64,000 bases of DNA from an uncultured Gemmatimonadales bacterium (GTDB lineage Bacteria > Gemmatimonadota > Gemmatimonadetes > Longimicrobiales > Longimicrobiaceae). This document shows, one piece after another, positions 29,106-39,343 of this stretch; within the stretch, counting starts at the first letter, position 1, and each line of letters begins with the position of its first letter. The DNA lies in contig OY970303.1 of the NCBI GenBank assembly GCA_963716255.1, positions 4,480,001-4,544,000 of the forward strand. Direction: 5' to 3'. The notes under the pieces are model-generated. The model was not told the origin of the DNA. It did no database searches and worked only from the letters and a program-made list of their open reading frames with translations. Position numbers and translations under genes: made by a program.

Positions 29106-29594
29106 TCAGGCGCCGCCCGCTTCCGGCCGGCGCAGCATGAAGTTGGTGGCGGTGACGGTCATCACGGCCTCGCGGCGCTGGTTCAGCACCTCCACGCGCG
29201 AGCGGACGATGCCGCGGTCGGGGCGGGAGCGCGAGGGCCGGGCGTCCAGCACGGCCACGCGGATGGACAGCTCGTCGCCGGGGCGCACGGGGAGCAGCCA
29301 GCGCACCTCGTCCACGCCGGGCGACACCAGCGTCGCCACGCGCGACAGGTAGTGGTCCGCGTACAGGCGCATCATCAGCGCGGCGGTGTGCCAGCCGCTG
29401 GCGATCAGGCCGCCGTACTCCGTGTCGCGCGCCGTCTCGTGGCTGGTGTGGAAGGGCTGCGGATCGAAGCGGCGCCCGAAGGCGAGCACCTCGTCCTCCT
29501 CCACCCGGATGGAGCCGAACTCGTGGACCGCACCCGGCTCGTAGTCGTCGAGCCAGCGGTCCTCCGGCGGGACTCGGAAGCCGCCCGCGCTCAC
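29106..29594 (-). CDS. MaoC family dehydratase
   Basis: FDPQPFH, GLIASGWHT, VRWLLPVRPGD; GTG start inferred. Confidence 0.9.
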   Translation of the reverse strand: MSAGGFRVPPEDRWLDDYEPGAVHEFGSIRVEEDEVLAFGRRFDPQPFHTSHETARDTEYGGLIASGWHTAALMMRLYADHYLSRVATLVSPGVDEVRWLLPVRPGDELSIRVAVLDARPSRSRPDRGIVRSRVEVLNQRREAVMTVTATNFMLRRPEAGGA

Positions 29595-29720
29595 GCGGCG
29601 GCCCGTCGGCGGGGCGGGGAAGCGGTCATCGGCCGGGCGCGGCGGGAGTGGAGTGCGACGGCGGAACGGGGGGAGGATGCACCGGGGAAGGGGGCGCGGC
29701 AAGAGCAGGGGGAAAACACC

Positions 29721-29748
29721 AGGGCCCCCGGAGCGTTCCGGGGGCCCT
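29721..29748 (-). terminator. Hairpin terminator
   Basis: AGGGCCCCCGGA..TCCGGGGGCCCT inverted repeat. Confidence 0.5.
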
Positions 29749-29776
29749 TCCTGTCAGCGGTCCGCTGCCCGGCCCG

Positions 29777-30058
29777 TCACGCCACGGCGCGGCGGATCAC
29801 GTCGTGCCAGGCGCGGCCCAGGTGGTCCACGCCGAGCCGCTCCTCGCAGAAGCCGCCCGAGCGGAGCATCTGCTGGACGACCCGCCCGACGATGGAGTCG
29901 AGCGCGCCCAGCGCGTCCACCCGGATCACCTCCCGGAACTGCTCCTGCACGTCGTCCGAGAGCTCCCGGCGAAGGTACTCCGCCGCCTCGTCGCGGGGAT
30001 CGCCGGCCGCCACCGCAGCCGGAACGATCCGGACCGCTTCCTCACGAAACTGTGCCAT
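29777..30058 (-). CDS. Small hypothetical protein
   Basis: GGAGGA RBS; 93 aa helical ORF. Confidence 0.6.
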   Translation of the reverse strand: MAQFREEAVRIVPAAVAAGDPRDEAAEYLRRELSDDVQEQFREVIRVDALGALDSIVGRVVQQMLRSGGFCEERLGVDHLGRAWHDVIRRAVA

Positions 30059-30362
30059 GGTCTTTCCTCCGGTCCACTGGAGTGTGAGACGGGGATCTGC
30101 GTCCCCACCCGCCTCCACTGTCAGATGCGTGCCACGGCGACGGCGGCGAAAGGCAAGTCGGAAAAGGGCTTGCATGCTGGATAAACGTTTGGGGCGTCCC
30201 CCGGCGGGCACGCAGGGTGTCCAGCTTTTGCCACAGGTCCGGGCATTCTGCGCCCCACCGGCCGCCGCGGAGTTGCCCTTTGCGCCGGCGCCGCGTACCC
30301 TTCCGGGAGCCGCCCGGCGCCCCCGGGACGCCTGCACGCACCCGCACGCGAGGACCCAGAGG

Positions 30363-30785
30363 ATGGAGGTGTTCACCGAGGAGTGGGGCCGGGCCTGCTG
30401 CGACGAGATGAACCGGCGCGAGGCGTACCGCGCCGCCGCGGCGGAGTGGGAGGGCGCCGTGGTCCTGGTGATGGAGCGCGACCCGGCGCTGGGCGTGGAG
30501 GAGGAGCGCGCGTTCCTGCTGGACCTGCACCGGGGCGAGTGCCGCGGTACCCGCACCGCCACCGCGGACGACCTGGCGCAGGCCCCCTACGTGATGCGCG
30601 CCGCCCCGGCGGTCTGGCGGCACGTCCTGGATGGCGAGCTGGACCCCATCACAGCCGTGATGACCGGCAGGCTGCGGCTTGCGCGGGGGAGCCTGTTCTC
30701 GCTGGCGCGCTACACCGCCGCGGCGCGCGAGATGGTGGCCGCCGCCGCGGCCGTGCAGGCCGACTACCCGCCCGCGCGCCTCTGA
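30363..30785 (+). CDS. SCP2 sterol-binding domain protein
   Basis: FTEEW...W.G...LDLHRGEC...LDPITAVMTGRLRL. Confidence 0.85.
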   Translation: MEVFTEEWGRACCDEMNRREAYRAAAAEWEGAVVLVMERDPALGVEEERAFLLDLHRGECRGTRTATADDLAQAPYVMRAAPAVWRHVLDGELDPITAVMTGRLRLARGSLFSLARYTAAAREMVAAAAAVQADYPPARL

Positions 30786-30822
30786 AGGCACGCGACCCCG
30801 GCCCCTCCGACCGAGGACGAAC

Positions 30823-31353
30823 ATGGAAGACACGGCACCCCGTCCCCTCGCCTGCCCCCGCTGCCAGGTGCCCCTGACCTGCGCGGGAACCAAGAACTTC
30901 CACGAGGGCTCGGCCATCTGGGACCTGATGGGCGGCGTGTTCAAGAACCGCGTAGCGCTGGACGCGTACTTCTGCCCGAGGTGCGGCCGCGCCGAGTTCT
31001 TCGTGGCCGGCGTGGGTGAGGACCTGAGAGGACCGCGCACGCCCGACGACGGCGTCGACGACGACGCGGTCCCGCTGAGCCTCGCCGTACTCGATCCGGC
31101 CACGGACGAAGTCGAAGACGAAGGCGCGGGCGAGGACGAAACCCACCTTCCCGAGTGGGACTGCGCTTCCTGCGGCGAGGCCGTGCCGGGGAACTTCGCG
31201 GCGTGCTGGAACTGCAGTGCGCCTCGCCCGTCCGGGCACGGCATGTTCGCCTCCCCCGGGTGGGACTGTCCCGGCTGCGGCGAGGTCGTGCGGGGCTACT
31301 TCACCAAGTGCTGGAAGTGCCACACCAGCCGTCCCCCGGCTCCCCCCGCGTAG
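30823..31353 (+). CDS. Hypothetical multi-zinc-ribbon protein
   Basis: CPRC...CPRC, then two WDCxxCGE...CWxC (RanBP2-like) fingers. Confidence 0.7.
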   Translation: MEDTAPRPLACPRCQVPLTCAGTKNFHEGSAIWDLMGGVFKNRVALDAYFCPRCGRAEFFVAGVGEDLRGPRTPDDGVDDDAVPLSLAVLDPATDEVEDEGAGEDETHLPEWDCASCGEAVPGNFAACWNCSAPRPSGHGMFASPGWDCPGCGEVVRGYFTKCWKCHTSRPPAPPA

Positions 31354-31392
31354 CGCGGTCCCGCCTTCCCGCCTCCACCACCCGAAGAATCG

Positions 31393-31956
31393 ATGACCGG
31401 ACCCGCCGGGGCGCCTGCTCCGCCCAGCTACTGCGACGCCGCGTCGCACCCCGTCCACGGCCCGTACCACGACCACGAGTACGGCTTTCCCGTGCGCGGC
31501 GACGACGCCCTGTTCGAGCGGCTGGTGCTGGAGATCAACCAGGCGGGGCTGTCGTGGCTCACCATCCTCAACAAGCGCGAGGGCTTCCGCCGGGCGTACG
31601 ACGGCTTCGCGCTGGAAAAGGTGGCCGCCTACGGCGACGCCGACCGCGCCCGCCTCCTGGCCGACGCGGGGATCATCCGCAACCGGCTCAAGGTGAACGC
31701 CGCCGTCGAGAACGCCGGACGCATCCTCCGCCTGCGCGACGAGCACGGCTCCTTCGCGGCGTGGCTGGACGCCCACCACCCGCTCTCCCGGGCGGAGTGG
31801 CAGAAGCTGTTCAAGCGGACCTTCGTCTTCACCGGCGGGGAGATCGTGGGCGAGTTCCTGCTCAGCACCGGCTACCTGCCGGGTGCGCACCGCGAGAGCT
31901 GCCCCGCGTACGCGCGGGCGCTGGCGGCCGGGCCCGCCTGGTCGCGGGGCCCGTAG
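31393..31956 (+). CDS. tag: DNA-3-methyladenine glycosylase I
   Basis: YHDHEYG, LFERLVLEINQAGLSWLTILNKR, GIIRNRLK, H..SC. Confidence 0.92.
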   Translation: MTGPAGAPAPPSYCDAASHPVHGPYHDHEYGFPVRGDDALFERLVLEINQAGLSWLTILNKREGFRRAYDGFALEKVAAYGDADRARLLADAGIIRNRLKVNAAVENAGRILRLRDEHGSFAAWLDAHHPLSRAEWQKLFKRTFVFTGGEIVGEFLLSTGYLPGAHRESCPAYARALAAGPAWSRGP

Positions 31957-32031
31957 AAGGCAGGGCGATGATGCGGAACGGCCGCGCCCGCCCCGGACGG
32001 GCGAGCGCGGCCGTGAGGCATGGACGGACGG

Positions 32032-32877
32032 CTACTGCTTGGTGACGACGCCGTTCGGCGCGCAGGGCGTCGCAGGACCGCCCGAGTTGCTCCCCTTCCG
32101 GTTCGAGCCGTCGGAAGCGACGGTCCCGCCGCCGCAGACGAAGTCGGTGAGGTTGCCGTAGACGTCGTTGTCGGTGATCCGCACCGTCGCGTTGGCCTGC
32201 CCCGCGCCGCCGTTGCCGGCCTGCACCGCGATGCCGTTGTTGACGAGGAGGTTGCTGTCGGCGCTGATGCGGCCGTTGGTCTCGGAGATCAGCGCCCACC
32301 CGGAATTGCCGGAGATCACCGAGTTGCTCACCATGGTGTTGCCGAAGGCGACGCGGACCCCGTCGACGTTGTTGGAGATCGTCGAGTTCTTGATCACGAG
32401 GCCCCCCCCGCTCGCCATCGCGGAGACCAGGACTCCGGTCTGTGACGCCTGGGAGATGACGACGTTCTCGATGTTGAGCTGCTTGCCGTTGGTGAACCTG
32501 ACCCCTACCTGCCCCGTCCCCGCGCCGTTTATGCTGAGGTTGCGAAGCGTCACCACGATGTTGGCGCCGTTGACGTTGACGCCCGAGGCACTCCCGGCGA
32601 ACAGGACGCCGGCCATCACCCCGGCGCAGTCGATGGTCATGGACTTGATGATGGTGACCGCGCCGAACCCGCCGGGATCGATGCAGTTGATCTCCCCGCC
32701 GGCCGCGGTCTTGGAGATCGCGCCCGCGAAGGTCTTGCACGGAGCCGTGCGCGAGCAGGGATTCACGTCGTCTCCCACGCCCGAGACCCACGTCCGGGTC
32801 GCCTGCGCCTGGGAGACCGAAGCCGTGGCAACCACCAGGATGAAGAAACACACCGCCGATGCCAATACGCGTCTCAT
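32032..32877 (-). CDS. Secreted right-handed parallel beta-helix protein
   Basis: Signal peptide; RTWVSGVGDDVNPCSRTAPCKTFAGAI; Asn-rich beta-helix repeats. Confidence 0.85.
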   Translation of the reverse strand: MRRVLASAVCFFILVVATASVSQAQATRTWVSGVGDDVNPCSRTAPCKTFAGAISKTAAGGEINCIDPGGFGAVTIIKSMTIDCAGVMAGVLFAGSASGVNVNGANIVVTLRNLSINGAGTGQVGVRFTNGKQLNIENVVISQASQTGVLVSAMASGGGLVIKNSTISNNVDGVRVAFGNTMVSNSVISGNSGWALISETNGRISADSNLLVNNGIAVQAGNGGAGQANATVRITDNDVYGNLTDFVCGGGTVASDGSNRKGSNSGGPATPCAPNGVVTKQ

Positions 32878-33051
32878 GAATCCACCTTTCTGTACGGGAA
32901 GAGTTCGATTCCTGCGCGACAATTCGAAAGCATAATACGGATCAGACGTTTCGCCAGGCTCCAGTATGTAAAGCGAGGCGGGAGAGGAGTGGCTGGAATG
33001 CGGCTATCGGTGCGCCCGGCCGGACGTTGCCGTCGGGTAGAGCGCGAAGGG

Positions 33052-34380
33052 TCAGTGCCCCGCCGCCGCCCGCCCCCCGGCCGTCCGGGCGCCCTCCGGC
33101 TCCGGGACCGCCTCCCCGCTGGCGACGATGGCGCGCCGGAAGAGCACCGGCCCCACCGTCTCGTTGACCGCGATCAGCGCCAGGAGCAGCGTGCTGAGCA
33201 CCGCTCCCTGCTCCGGGTACGCGTCCGCCACGATGGTGGCCAGCCCGATCGCCACGCCCGCCTGCGAGATCAGCCCCATCCAGGCGTACCGGAGCTCCGG
33301 CGCGCCGGCCCGCGCCCAGCGGCCGCCCAGCCGCATCCCCGTCCAGATGGCTCCCGCGCGCACCAGCGCGATGGGGAGCACCAGCGGGAAGAGCAGCGCC
33401 ACCTGCTGCACCTGGATCTTGGCGCCCGAGAGCGCGAAGAACACCACGAACACCGGGGCCGCCGAGCGCTCCATGGCGTGCAGCAGCTCCACCCCCTCGC
33501 CCTCGCGCGACACGTTCTCCATCACGAAGCCCGCCGTGAGCAGCGTCAGCAGCACCTCCACGTGCGCCAGGCGCGCGATCTCCTGCCCGAAGAACGCCAC
33601 CAGGATGGCGAAGAACACCAGCTCCCGCCCCACGTAGCGCAGGTAGAGCGCCACCCCGCCGCCCAGCGCCGCCCCCACCAGCAGCGCCCCCCCGATCTCC
33701 CACACCACCACCCCCACCGACGCCGCCGCGGCCGATCCCGTGGGCGGAACCAGCGCCCGCGCGATCCCCAGCGCCGCGCTGAAGAACACCACCACCGCCA
33801 CGTCCGACAGGAGCACGATCCCCAGCGTGGTCCGCGTCACCGGGCCGCGCGCCCCCGTCTCCGTGAGCAGCGCCATGGTCACCGCCGGCGAGTGCACGAT
33901 GGCGATGGAGGCGAAGAGCAGCGCGAACGCCACCACCTGCGCCTCCGACGCGCCCTCCAGGAAGGGAACCCGATCGCGGAAGGCGTACAGCAGCCCGAAG
34001 AGCCCCGCGAAGGAGCACAGCAGTTCCGCCGACATCATCTTGAGGAGGAGCGGGCCGCGGTCGCGCACCTCGCCCCAGCGCAGCTCCGCGCCGGCCAGGA
34101 AGGCGATCAGCGCGATGGCGAGCTGGCTCACCGGCGCCAGCCGGTCCACCCCCGCCGCCGTCACCGTGGCCAGCCCGTACGGCCCGAACGCCACCCCCGC
34201 CGCCAGGTACCCCACGATGCGGGGGAGCCGCACCGCCTTCGCCAGCTCGCCCACCGTGTAGGCCGCCAGGATCAGGAAGCCGAAGGAGAGCAGCGCCTGC
34301 GATCCCTGCCCCTGCGCCCCAAGCGGAAAGATGAGCTGCATGCTCCCCAGCAGGAGCGCCAGGATGAAGAGCCTGCGCAC
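33052..34380 (-). CDS. Cation:proton antiporter family protein
   Basis: LPRIVGYL, IAFLAGAEL, SPAV, FFALSGA, SQAGVAIGL; about 12 TM segments. Confidence 0.85.
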   Translation of the reverse strand: MRRLFILALLLGSMQLIFPLGAQGQGSQALLSFGFLILAAYTVGELAKAVRLPRIVGYLAAGVAFGPYGLATVTAAGVDRLAPVSQLAIALIAFLAGAELRWGEVRDRGPLLLKMMSAELLCSFAGLFGLLYAFRDRVPFLEGASEAQVVAFALLFASIAIVHSPAVTMALLTETGARGPVTRTTLGIVLLSDVAVVVFFSAALGIARALVPPTGSAAAASVGVVVWEIGGALLVGAALGGGVALYLRYVGRELVFFAILVAFFGQEIARLAHVEVLLTLLTAGFVMENVSREGEGVELLHAMERSAAPVFVVFFALSGAKIQVQQVALLFPLVLPIALVRAGAIWTGMRLGGRWARAGAPELRYAWMGLISQAGVAIGLATIVADAYPEQGAVLSTLLLALIAVNETVGPVLFRRAIVASGEAVPEPEGARTAGGRAAAGH

Positions 34381-34381
34381 C

Positions 34382-35614
34382 TCAGCCCTCCCGCCCCGGG
34401 CCGGCCGCCGCGAAGCGGTCCGCCTGCCGCCGCCGCGCCGAGCCCACCACCGACTCCGCCAGCCGCGCCGAGGCCACGTCCGTGAGGATCACCGAGACCA
34501 CCGCGGCCGTGAAGACGATGTTGGCGAGCGGCGCCCCCTCCTGCTGCAGGTAGTTGAGGGCGACCGCCACGGCCAGGCCGCCCTGCCCCAGCAGAGCCCG
34601 CCCCCATCCCCACCCCAGCGCCGGGAGGGCGCGGTTGAAGCGCGCGGCCAGGTTCGCGCCCCCCACCTTGGCCGCCGAGCGCACCGCCACGAACACCAGC
34701 ACGGGGACCACCCAGGCCCGCGTGCTGGGCACCCAGGCCGCCCCCGCGAAGATGAGGAGCACGAAGTAGAGCGGGCGCTCCACGGCGCCCAGGGCGCGGC
34801 GGATCTCCTCCCGGTTCCCCGAGGTGTTCGCCAGGATCGCCCCGATCAGCATGGTGGGGAGCAGGGGCGAGAGGCGCAGGTAGGCCGCGGCGCCGCTCGC
34901 CAGGATGGTGGCCCCGGCCAGCCCGATGAACAGGCGGTCCACCTTGCGCTCGTTCCCCAGGAAGAGGTGGAAGAGCGCGCCTCCCACGCAGCCGATCGCC
35001 ACGCTGATCACCGCCCACTCCGTGGCCGTGGGCGGGCGCACGGCGGAGGAGGCGGGCGGGCCGTGACCCAGCGTGAGCAGCAGCGAAAAGGCCACGATCG
35101 CCACCAGCGCGTCGATGGCGGTGGCGAGCTGGAGCTGCCTCACCACCGGGCCGCGCCACCCCAGGCGCCGCGCCACCAGCCCGATCCCCGTGGGCGCGGA
35201 GGCGGTCGCCACCGCGCCCAGCGCCACCGCGGGAAAGATCGCCTCCTCCGGGAGCGTCCCCAGCAGCGCGGTGAACACCCCCAGCATGGCCGCGGAGACC
35301 GCCGCGAGCGTCAGCGCCGCCTCGAAGAAGGCGATGCGGAAGAGCGGCGCGGGAATGCGCACCAGCTCGGGGAGGGAGAACTGCGCCCCCACCACCACCC
35401 CCACCCACCCCAGCGCCAGCGTCAGGAAGGGGGCGAAGCCGCCGAACACGTCCGCGCCGATCACGCCGGACACCTGCGGGCCCAGGAGGATCCCCAGCAG
35501 CAGGTACTCCGCGCCGGAGACCACCAGGAAGCGCCGGCCCAGCCAGTCCGAGGCCACGTGCGCCGCCAGGTAGCCGCCGACGACCACCACGATCAGGATC
35601 AGTGCCGAGCTCAT
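34382..35614 (-). CDS. Cation:proton antiporter-like membrane protein
   Basis: About 12 TM segments; GAEYLLLGILLGP, GQGGLAVAVAL; adjacent to the second antiporter gene. Confidence 0.75.
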   Translation of the reverse strand: MSSALILIVVVVGGYLAAHVASDWLGRRFLVVSGAEYLLLGILLGPQVSGVIGADVFGGFAPFLTLALGWVGVVVGAQFSLPELVRIPAPLFRIAFFEAALTLAAVSAAMLGVFTALLGTLPEEAIFPAVALGAVATASAPTGIGLVARRLGWRGPVVRQLQLATAIDALVAIVAFSLLLTLGHGPPASSAVRPPTATEWAVISVAIGCVGGALFHLFLGNERKVDRLFIGLAGATILASGAAAYLRLSPLLPTMLIGAILANTSGNREEIRRALGAVERPLYFVLLIFAGAAWVPSTRAWVVPVLVFVAVRSAAKVGGANLAARFNRALPALGWGWGRALLGQGGLAVAVALNYLQQEGAPLANIVFTAAVVSVILTDVASARLAESVVGSARRRQADRFAAAGPGREG

Positions 35615-35649
35615 TCCGAATAACGACGGGTTGAACAGCTCTGAAGGGC

Positions 35650-35788
35650 GGGTTCGGGCGTGCCCCCGGCTGTCGCCGGGGTCGGGCTTCGGCTCCGTAA
35701 GCCCGCAAACAACGCGGGCTAACGGAGTCGAGCCCCGGCGGAAACAGCCCCGCCGGGTCTCGCCCCTTCGGGCCGAAATCCCTCACGC
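35650..35788 (+). repeat. Family A hairpin repeat
   Basis: Central stem AGCCCGC-AAACAAC-GCGGGCT; followed by CCCTCCCC..GGGGAGGG hairpin at ~35855-35890. Confidence 0.85.
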
Positions 35789-36325
35789 GGGCATCGCGCT
35801 GGCGTCCGCTGTGGGCCCCCACGCTACGCACCACCCCCTGCGTCGTGCCGTTCTCCCCTCCCCCTTGCGGGGAGGGGTCGGGGGAGGGGGTCGCCGTTGC
35901 AGGCTGTTCCCTGTTCCCTGCCGTCCGCAAACGACGAGGACCGGCCGCCCGCGAGGGGCGGCCGGTCCCAGGGAACGCCGGCCGGACTCGAACCGGCAGG
36001 CGGCGGTGCAGGGCCGACCGCGTGAATCCCTGCACGCCGCCGCGGGAGACCTCGTCACTGCTCAGCTACTCTCCCCGCGTGTCTTCCGGACCACGCCGCA
36101 GCGCCCCACGGGTGCCTCGGCAGCGGACGCCGGGCCTCCCTCACGGCGCGCCCCCTCCTCTGTCCACGGGCGGCCGATCCTCGTACCCCCTGCGCTTCCG
36201 GCGCGGGTACGGACGGGAGTGCATCTCCGCTCGTCGCCGAACGGCACCACGCCCGCAGCGGCCCGCAAGATCCAAGCCCGGTACCCCGTCCGCGGGCCCT
36301 TCCCGCCCCTTCAACGCCGCCCGGC

Positions 36326-38182
36326 TCAGGCCGCCGACTGCGGCATCTCCCCGGTGGACTCCAGCGTCAGCTTCACCACCACCGGCGTCCTGGGGGGCTC
36401 CTCCGGCTCCCCCTGGACGTCCGGTGCGTCCGGCTCCTCCGGCGGCGGCGGGAGCAGGTGGTCCAGCGGGACGGCGCCGTCCGCCATGCCGCGGCGCAGC
36501 GGGTCGCCGATCCACGCCGCCAGGCGCTGCATGAAGCGCCACACGTCGCCGTCGCCGGGGTGCAGGTAGCTGGGCTGCGACGAATCGGTGCCCATGCGCT
36601 CGAACACCTGCGTCAGCCACTCCGGCCCGTGCCCGCCCACCTCCAGCTGCCTGAGCCAGCACTCCAGCTCCCCGGTGGGGACCACGAACACCCCGTACGT
36701 GGCGAGGCTATCCAGCAGGTGCTCCGCCTCGGCGCGGGGGTCGCGCGGCAGGTTGCGGATCCCGCCGTCCTTGTAGTCGTCGCTCCGCAGCTTCTGCTGG
36801 AGCAGGGCGCGCGAGTGCTCCCAGTGCTCCGCGAACACCTCCGGCACGAAGGCCGAGCGGAGCAGGTCGCGGAAGTCGTCCCTCCCCTTGACGATGTCCA
36901 GGTCCACCACCGCCGCGGCCGGGATCCCCATCTCCCGCAGCGGGCGCAGGATCCGGCGGATGGTCTGCTTGTTCTGCGCGTTCAGGAAGATGCAGCCGTC
37001 CGCCCCGCCGCGCCCCTCCGCCAGCAGCCGCTCGTTGATCTCCTGGTAGAACACCCGGTCCGCGTCCGCCTCGCAGACGATGGCGCCCTCGTGGAAGAGC
37101 GCCCCCAGCACGCCGGTGGAGCGCAGCAGCGGGTCGCGCATCATGGTCTGCAGCTTGTCCGCGCGCAGCAGCGTCGCGCCGGCCACCCCGCCCTTGTGGG
37201 TCAGGCGGACGATGTTGACCCGCTTGCCGGCCTGCACGCACCCCATCAGGAACTCCGGGCTGTGCGTGGCCGCCAGCACCCGCGCGTCGCGCTCCGCGGC
37301 CAGCTGCGTCAGCCGCTTCCCCAGCTTTCGGGTGAGCGGCGGGTGCAGGAACGCCTCCGGCTCGTCCACCAGCATGATGCGGTAGTCCGCGCTCAGAACC
37401 GCCGCCGTCAGGCCGGTGAACGCCTTGACGCCGTCGCTCATCTCCTCGATGTCGGCGGCGGCCGCGTGAAAGGCGCGCGCCCGCTCGTCCAGCGCCTGCT
37501 CCTCCGCGTCGTCGTCCGGGGCCCGCGCCGACAGGCGGATGCGCAATTGCGTTCCCCCCGTGGGGTCCAGCACGAAGTGCAGCCCGAAGGCGTCCGCCGT
37601 GATCTCCCGGATGCGCCGGCGCGCCTCGTCGTCGCGGAACAGCGCCGACAGGTGATTGGTGGGGTGCAGCTGGAGGTCGCCCATGGGGCGCGGGTAGGTG
37701 AGCGCCAGCCGCGTGCGCCCGTCCAGCCGGATGGTGAACAGCGTGAAGAAGTCGCGGCAGAGCCGGGCGAACTCCTCCTCCGTGGGCGGCGCGCCGGCAC
37801 CCAGGACGCGCAGCACCTCGCGCAGGTCCACGAGCTGCTCGGTGGGGAGGTCCTCCAGGTCCGTCGCGCGCTTCCGGACGAACTCGCCCATGGGCTTCAG
37901 GCGCGACACGCGCACCCACCCTTCCGGCAGCGCCCCGCCCTCCACCCGGCGGGCCTCCACCATCCGCGCCGCGTCTTCCGGCCCGGGAAGGTGCATCTCC
38001 ATGTGGCCCACGATCCTCCGGTCCCCCGTGCCGCCCGTCTCCAGGAACTCCTCCACCTCGCGCAGCGCGAGGCTCTTCCCCGAATTGTTGGGGCCCACGA
38101 ACACGGTCATCGGCCCCGGCGCGAACTCCAGCGGGAGCACGCTGCCGCTCGGCCCGAAGCGGAGGGCAAGGCTCTTCAGCAT
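36326..38182 (-). CDS. ABC-type ATPase + TOPRIM protein (OLD-family ATP-dependent nuclease-like)
   Basis: Walker A GPNNSGKS, signature MSDG, Walker B LVDEPEAFLHP, H-loop ATHS, TOPRIM VCEADAD and DLD. Confidence 0.8.
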   Translation of the reverse strand: MLKSLALRFGPSGSVLPLEFAPGPMTVFVGPNNSGKSLALREVEEFLETGGTGDRRIVGHMEMHLPGPEDAARMVEARRVEGGALPEGWVRVSRLKPMGEFVRKRATDLEDLPTEQLVDLREVLRVLGAGAPPTEEEFARLCRDFFTLFTIRLDGRTRLALTYPRPMGDLQLHPTNHLSALFRDDEARRRIREITADAFGLHFVLDPTGGTQLRIRLSARAPDDDAEEQALDERARAFHAAAADIEEMSDGVKAFTGLTAAVLSADYRIMLVDEPEAFLHPPLTRKLGKRLTQLAAERDARVLAATHSPEFLMGCVQAGKRVNIVRLTHKGGVAGATLLRADKLQTMMRDPLLRSTGVLGALFHEGAIVCEADADRVFYQEINERLLAEGRGGADGCIFLNAQNKQTIRRILRPLREMGIPAAAVVDLDIVKGRDDFRDLLRSAFVPEVFAEHWEHSRALLQQKLRSDDYKDGGIRNLPRDPRAEAEHLLDSLATYGVFVVPTGELECWLRQLEVGGHGPEWLTQVFERMGTDSSQPSYLHPGDGDVWRFMQRLAAWIGDPLRRGMADGAVPLDHLLPPPPEEPDAPDVQGEPEEPPRTPVVVKLTLESTGEMPQSAA

Positions 38183-38334
38183 CGGCAGGCCCCGGGTGCG
38201 GGGAGTGGGAATCGGCGCCGCGGAGCGCCGCGCGGGCGCGCCGGGCCAGGACGAAAAATGCCAGAAACGCGCCACCGCGCCGGAACGGATGTGCCGCCCC
38301 GCCCCCCATCCCCATCCGCCCGGCCCCGGCTCTC

Positions 38335-38383
38335 TTGACGCAGAGCACCCCGCCATGAACATTTAGGCAGTTGTCTAAATGTT
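38335..38383 (+). promoter_or_regulatory. Promoter with 12-2-12 palindromic ArsR/SdpR operator
   Basis: TTGACG at 38335; AACATTTAGGCA-GT-TGTCTAAATGTT (38358-38383, one mismatch) just upstream of the repressor gene. Confidence 0.75.
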
Positions 38384-38403
38384 GGTCCCCACACGGTGCC
38401 GCC

Positions 38404-38676
38404 ATGCTCGACCGGACCATCCGCGCCCTCGCCGACCCCACCCGCCGGGAGATCCTGCGGGCACTGCGGGACGGCGACCTGGCGGCGGGGGAGATCGCGG
38501 CCCGCTTCCCCATCACCGCCGCCTCCGTCTCGCACCACCTGGCCACGCTGCGCGAGGCGGAGCTGGTGACGGTGGAGCGGCGGGGAAAGAGCCTGGTGTA
38601 CTCGGTGAACACCACCGTGCTGCACGACTTCGTGCAGGGCATGCTCGACCTTTTCGGAACCGGGGAGGAGCGATGA
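38404..38676 (+). CDS. ArsR/SmtB family repressor (SdpR-like)
   Basis: ALADPTRREIL, AGEIAARF, SVSHHLATLREAELV, YSVNTTV. Confidence 0.9.
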   Translation: MLDRTIRALADPTRREILRALRDGDLAAGEIAARFPITAASVSHHLATLREAELVTVERRGKSLVYSVNTTVLHDFVQGMLDLFGTGEER

Positions 38677-39311
38677 GACGCAGGCCGTTCGCGCCGCTGC
38701 TGCTGGCCGCGATGTGGGCGTTCGCGGGGGTGGTGTTCCGCCGGCTTCCTGCGGAGATCCCCACCCACTGGAACCTGGCCGGAGAGGTGGACGGGTGGGG
38801 GCCGCGCTTCCCGGCCGCCTTCCTGGCCCCCGCCGTCGCCACCGGGGTGTGGCTGCTGATGCGCTTCCAGGCGAGCATCGACCCGCGCCGCGACGAGGTG
38901 GAGCGCTCCACGCCCACGCGCAGGCTGCTGGCCGGGATCCTGGTGGCGTTCATGGCCGTGGTAGAGGTGCTGACGCTGGGGATCGCGCTGGGGTGGCCGC
39001 TGGACATGGGCGAGGCCATGTGGCCGCTGCTGGGGCTGCTCTTCGTGGCGCTGGGCAACTACATGCCGCGGGTGCGGCCCAACTGGTTCCTGGGGGTGCG
39101 CACGCCCTGGACGCTGGCCAGCGACGCGGTGTGGCGGGACACGCACCGTCTGGCGGGATGGGCGTTCGTGGGGGCCGGGGTGCTGACGGCGGGGGCCATG
39201 TTCCTGCCGGTGCATGCCCGGCCGTACGTGGGCATGGCGGCGCTGCTGCTGGCGGCCGGGGTGCCGCTGGTGTACTCGTTCGTCCGCTGGCGGCGTGAGC
39301 CGCGCAGGTAA
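38673..39311 (+). CDS. SdpI family immunity-like membrane protein (DUF1648 + SdpI)
   Basis: LPAEIPTHWNLAGEVDGW, GNYMPRVRPNWFLGVRTPWTL, W..THR; ATGA overlap with the repressor. Confidence 0.9.
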   Translation: MRRRPFAPLLLAAMWAFAGVVFRRLPAEIPTHWNLAGEVDGWGPRFPAAFLAPAVATGVWLLMRFQASIDPRRDEVERSTPTRRLLAGILVAFMAVVEVLTLGIALGWPLDMGEAMWPLLGLLFVALGNYMPRVRPNWFLGVRTPWTLASDAVWRDTHRLAGWAFVGAGVLTAGAMFLPVHARPYVGMAALLLAAGVPLVYSFVRWRREPRR

Positions 39312-39343
39312 GGGGTTTCGGGTGCGTCTCCGGGTGGTTCGGC

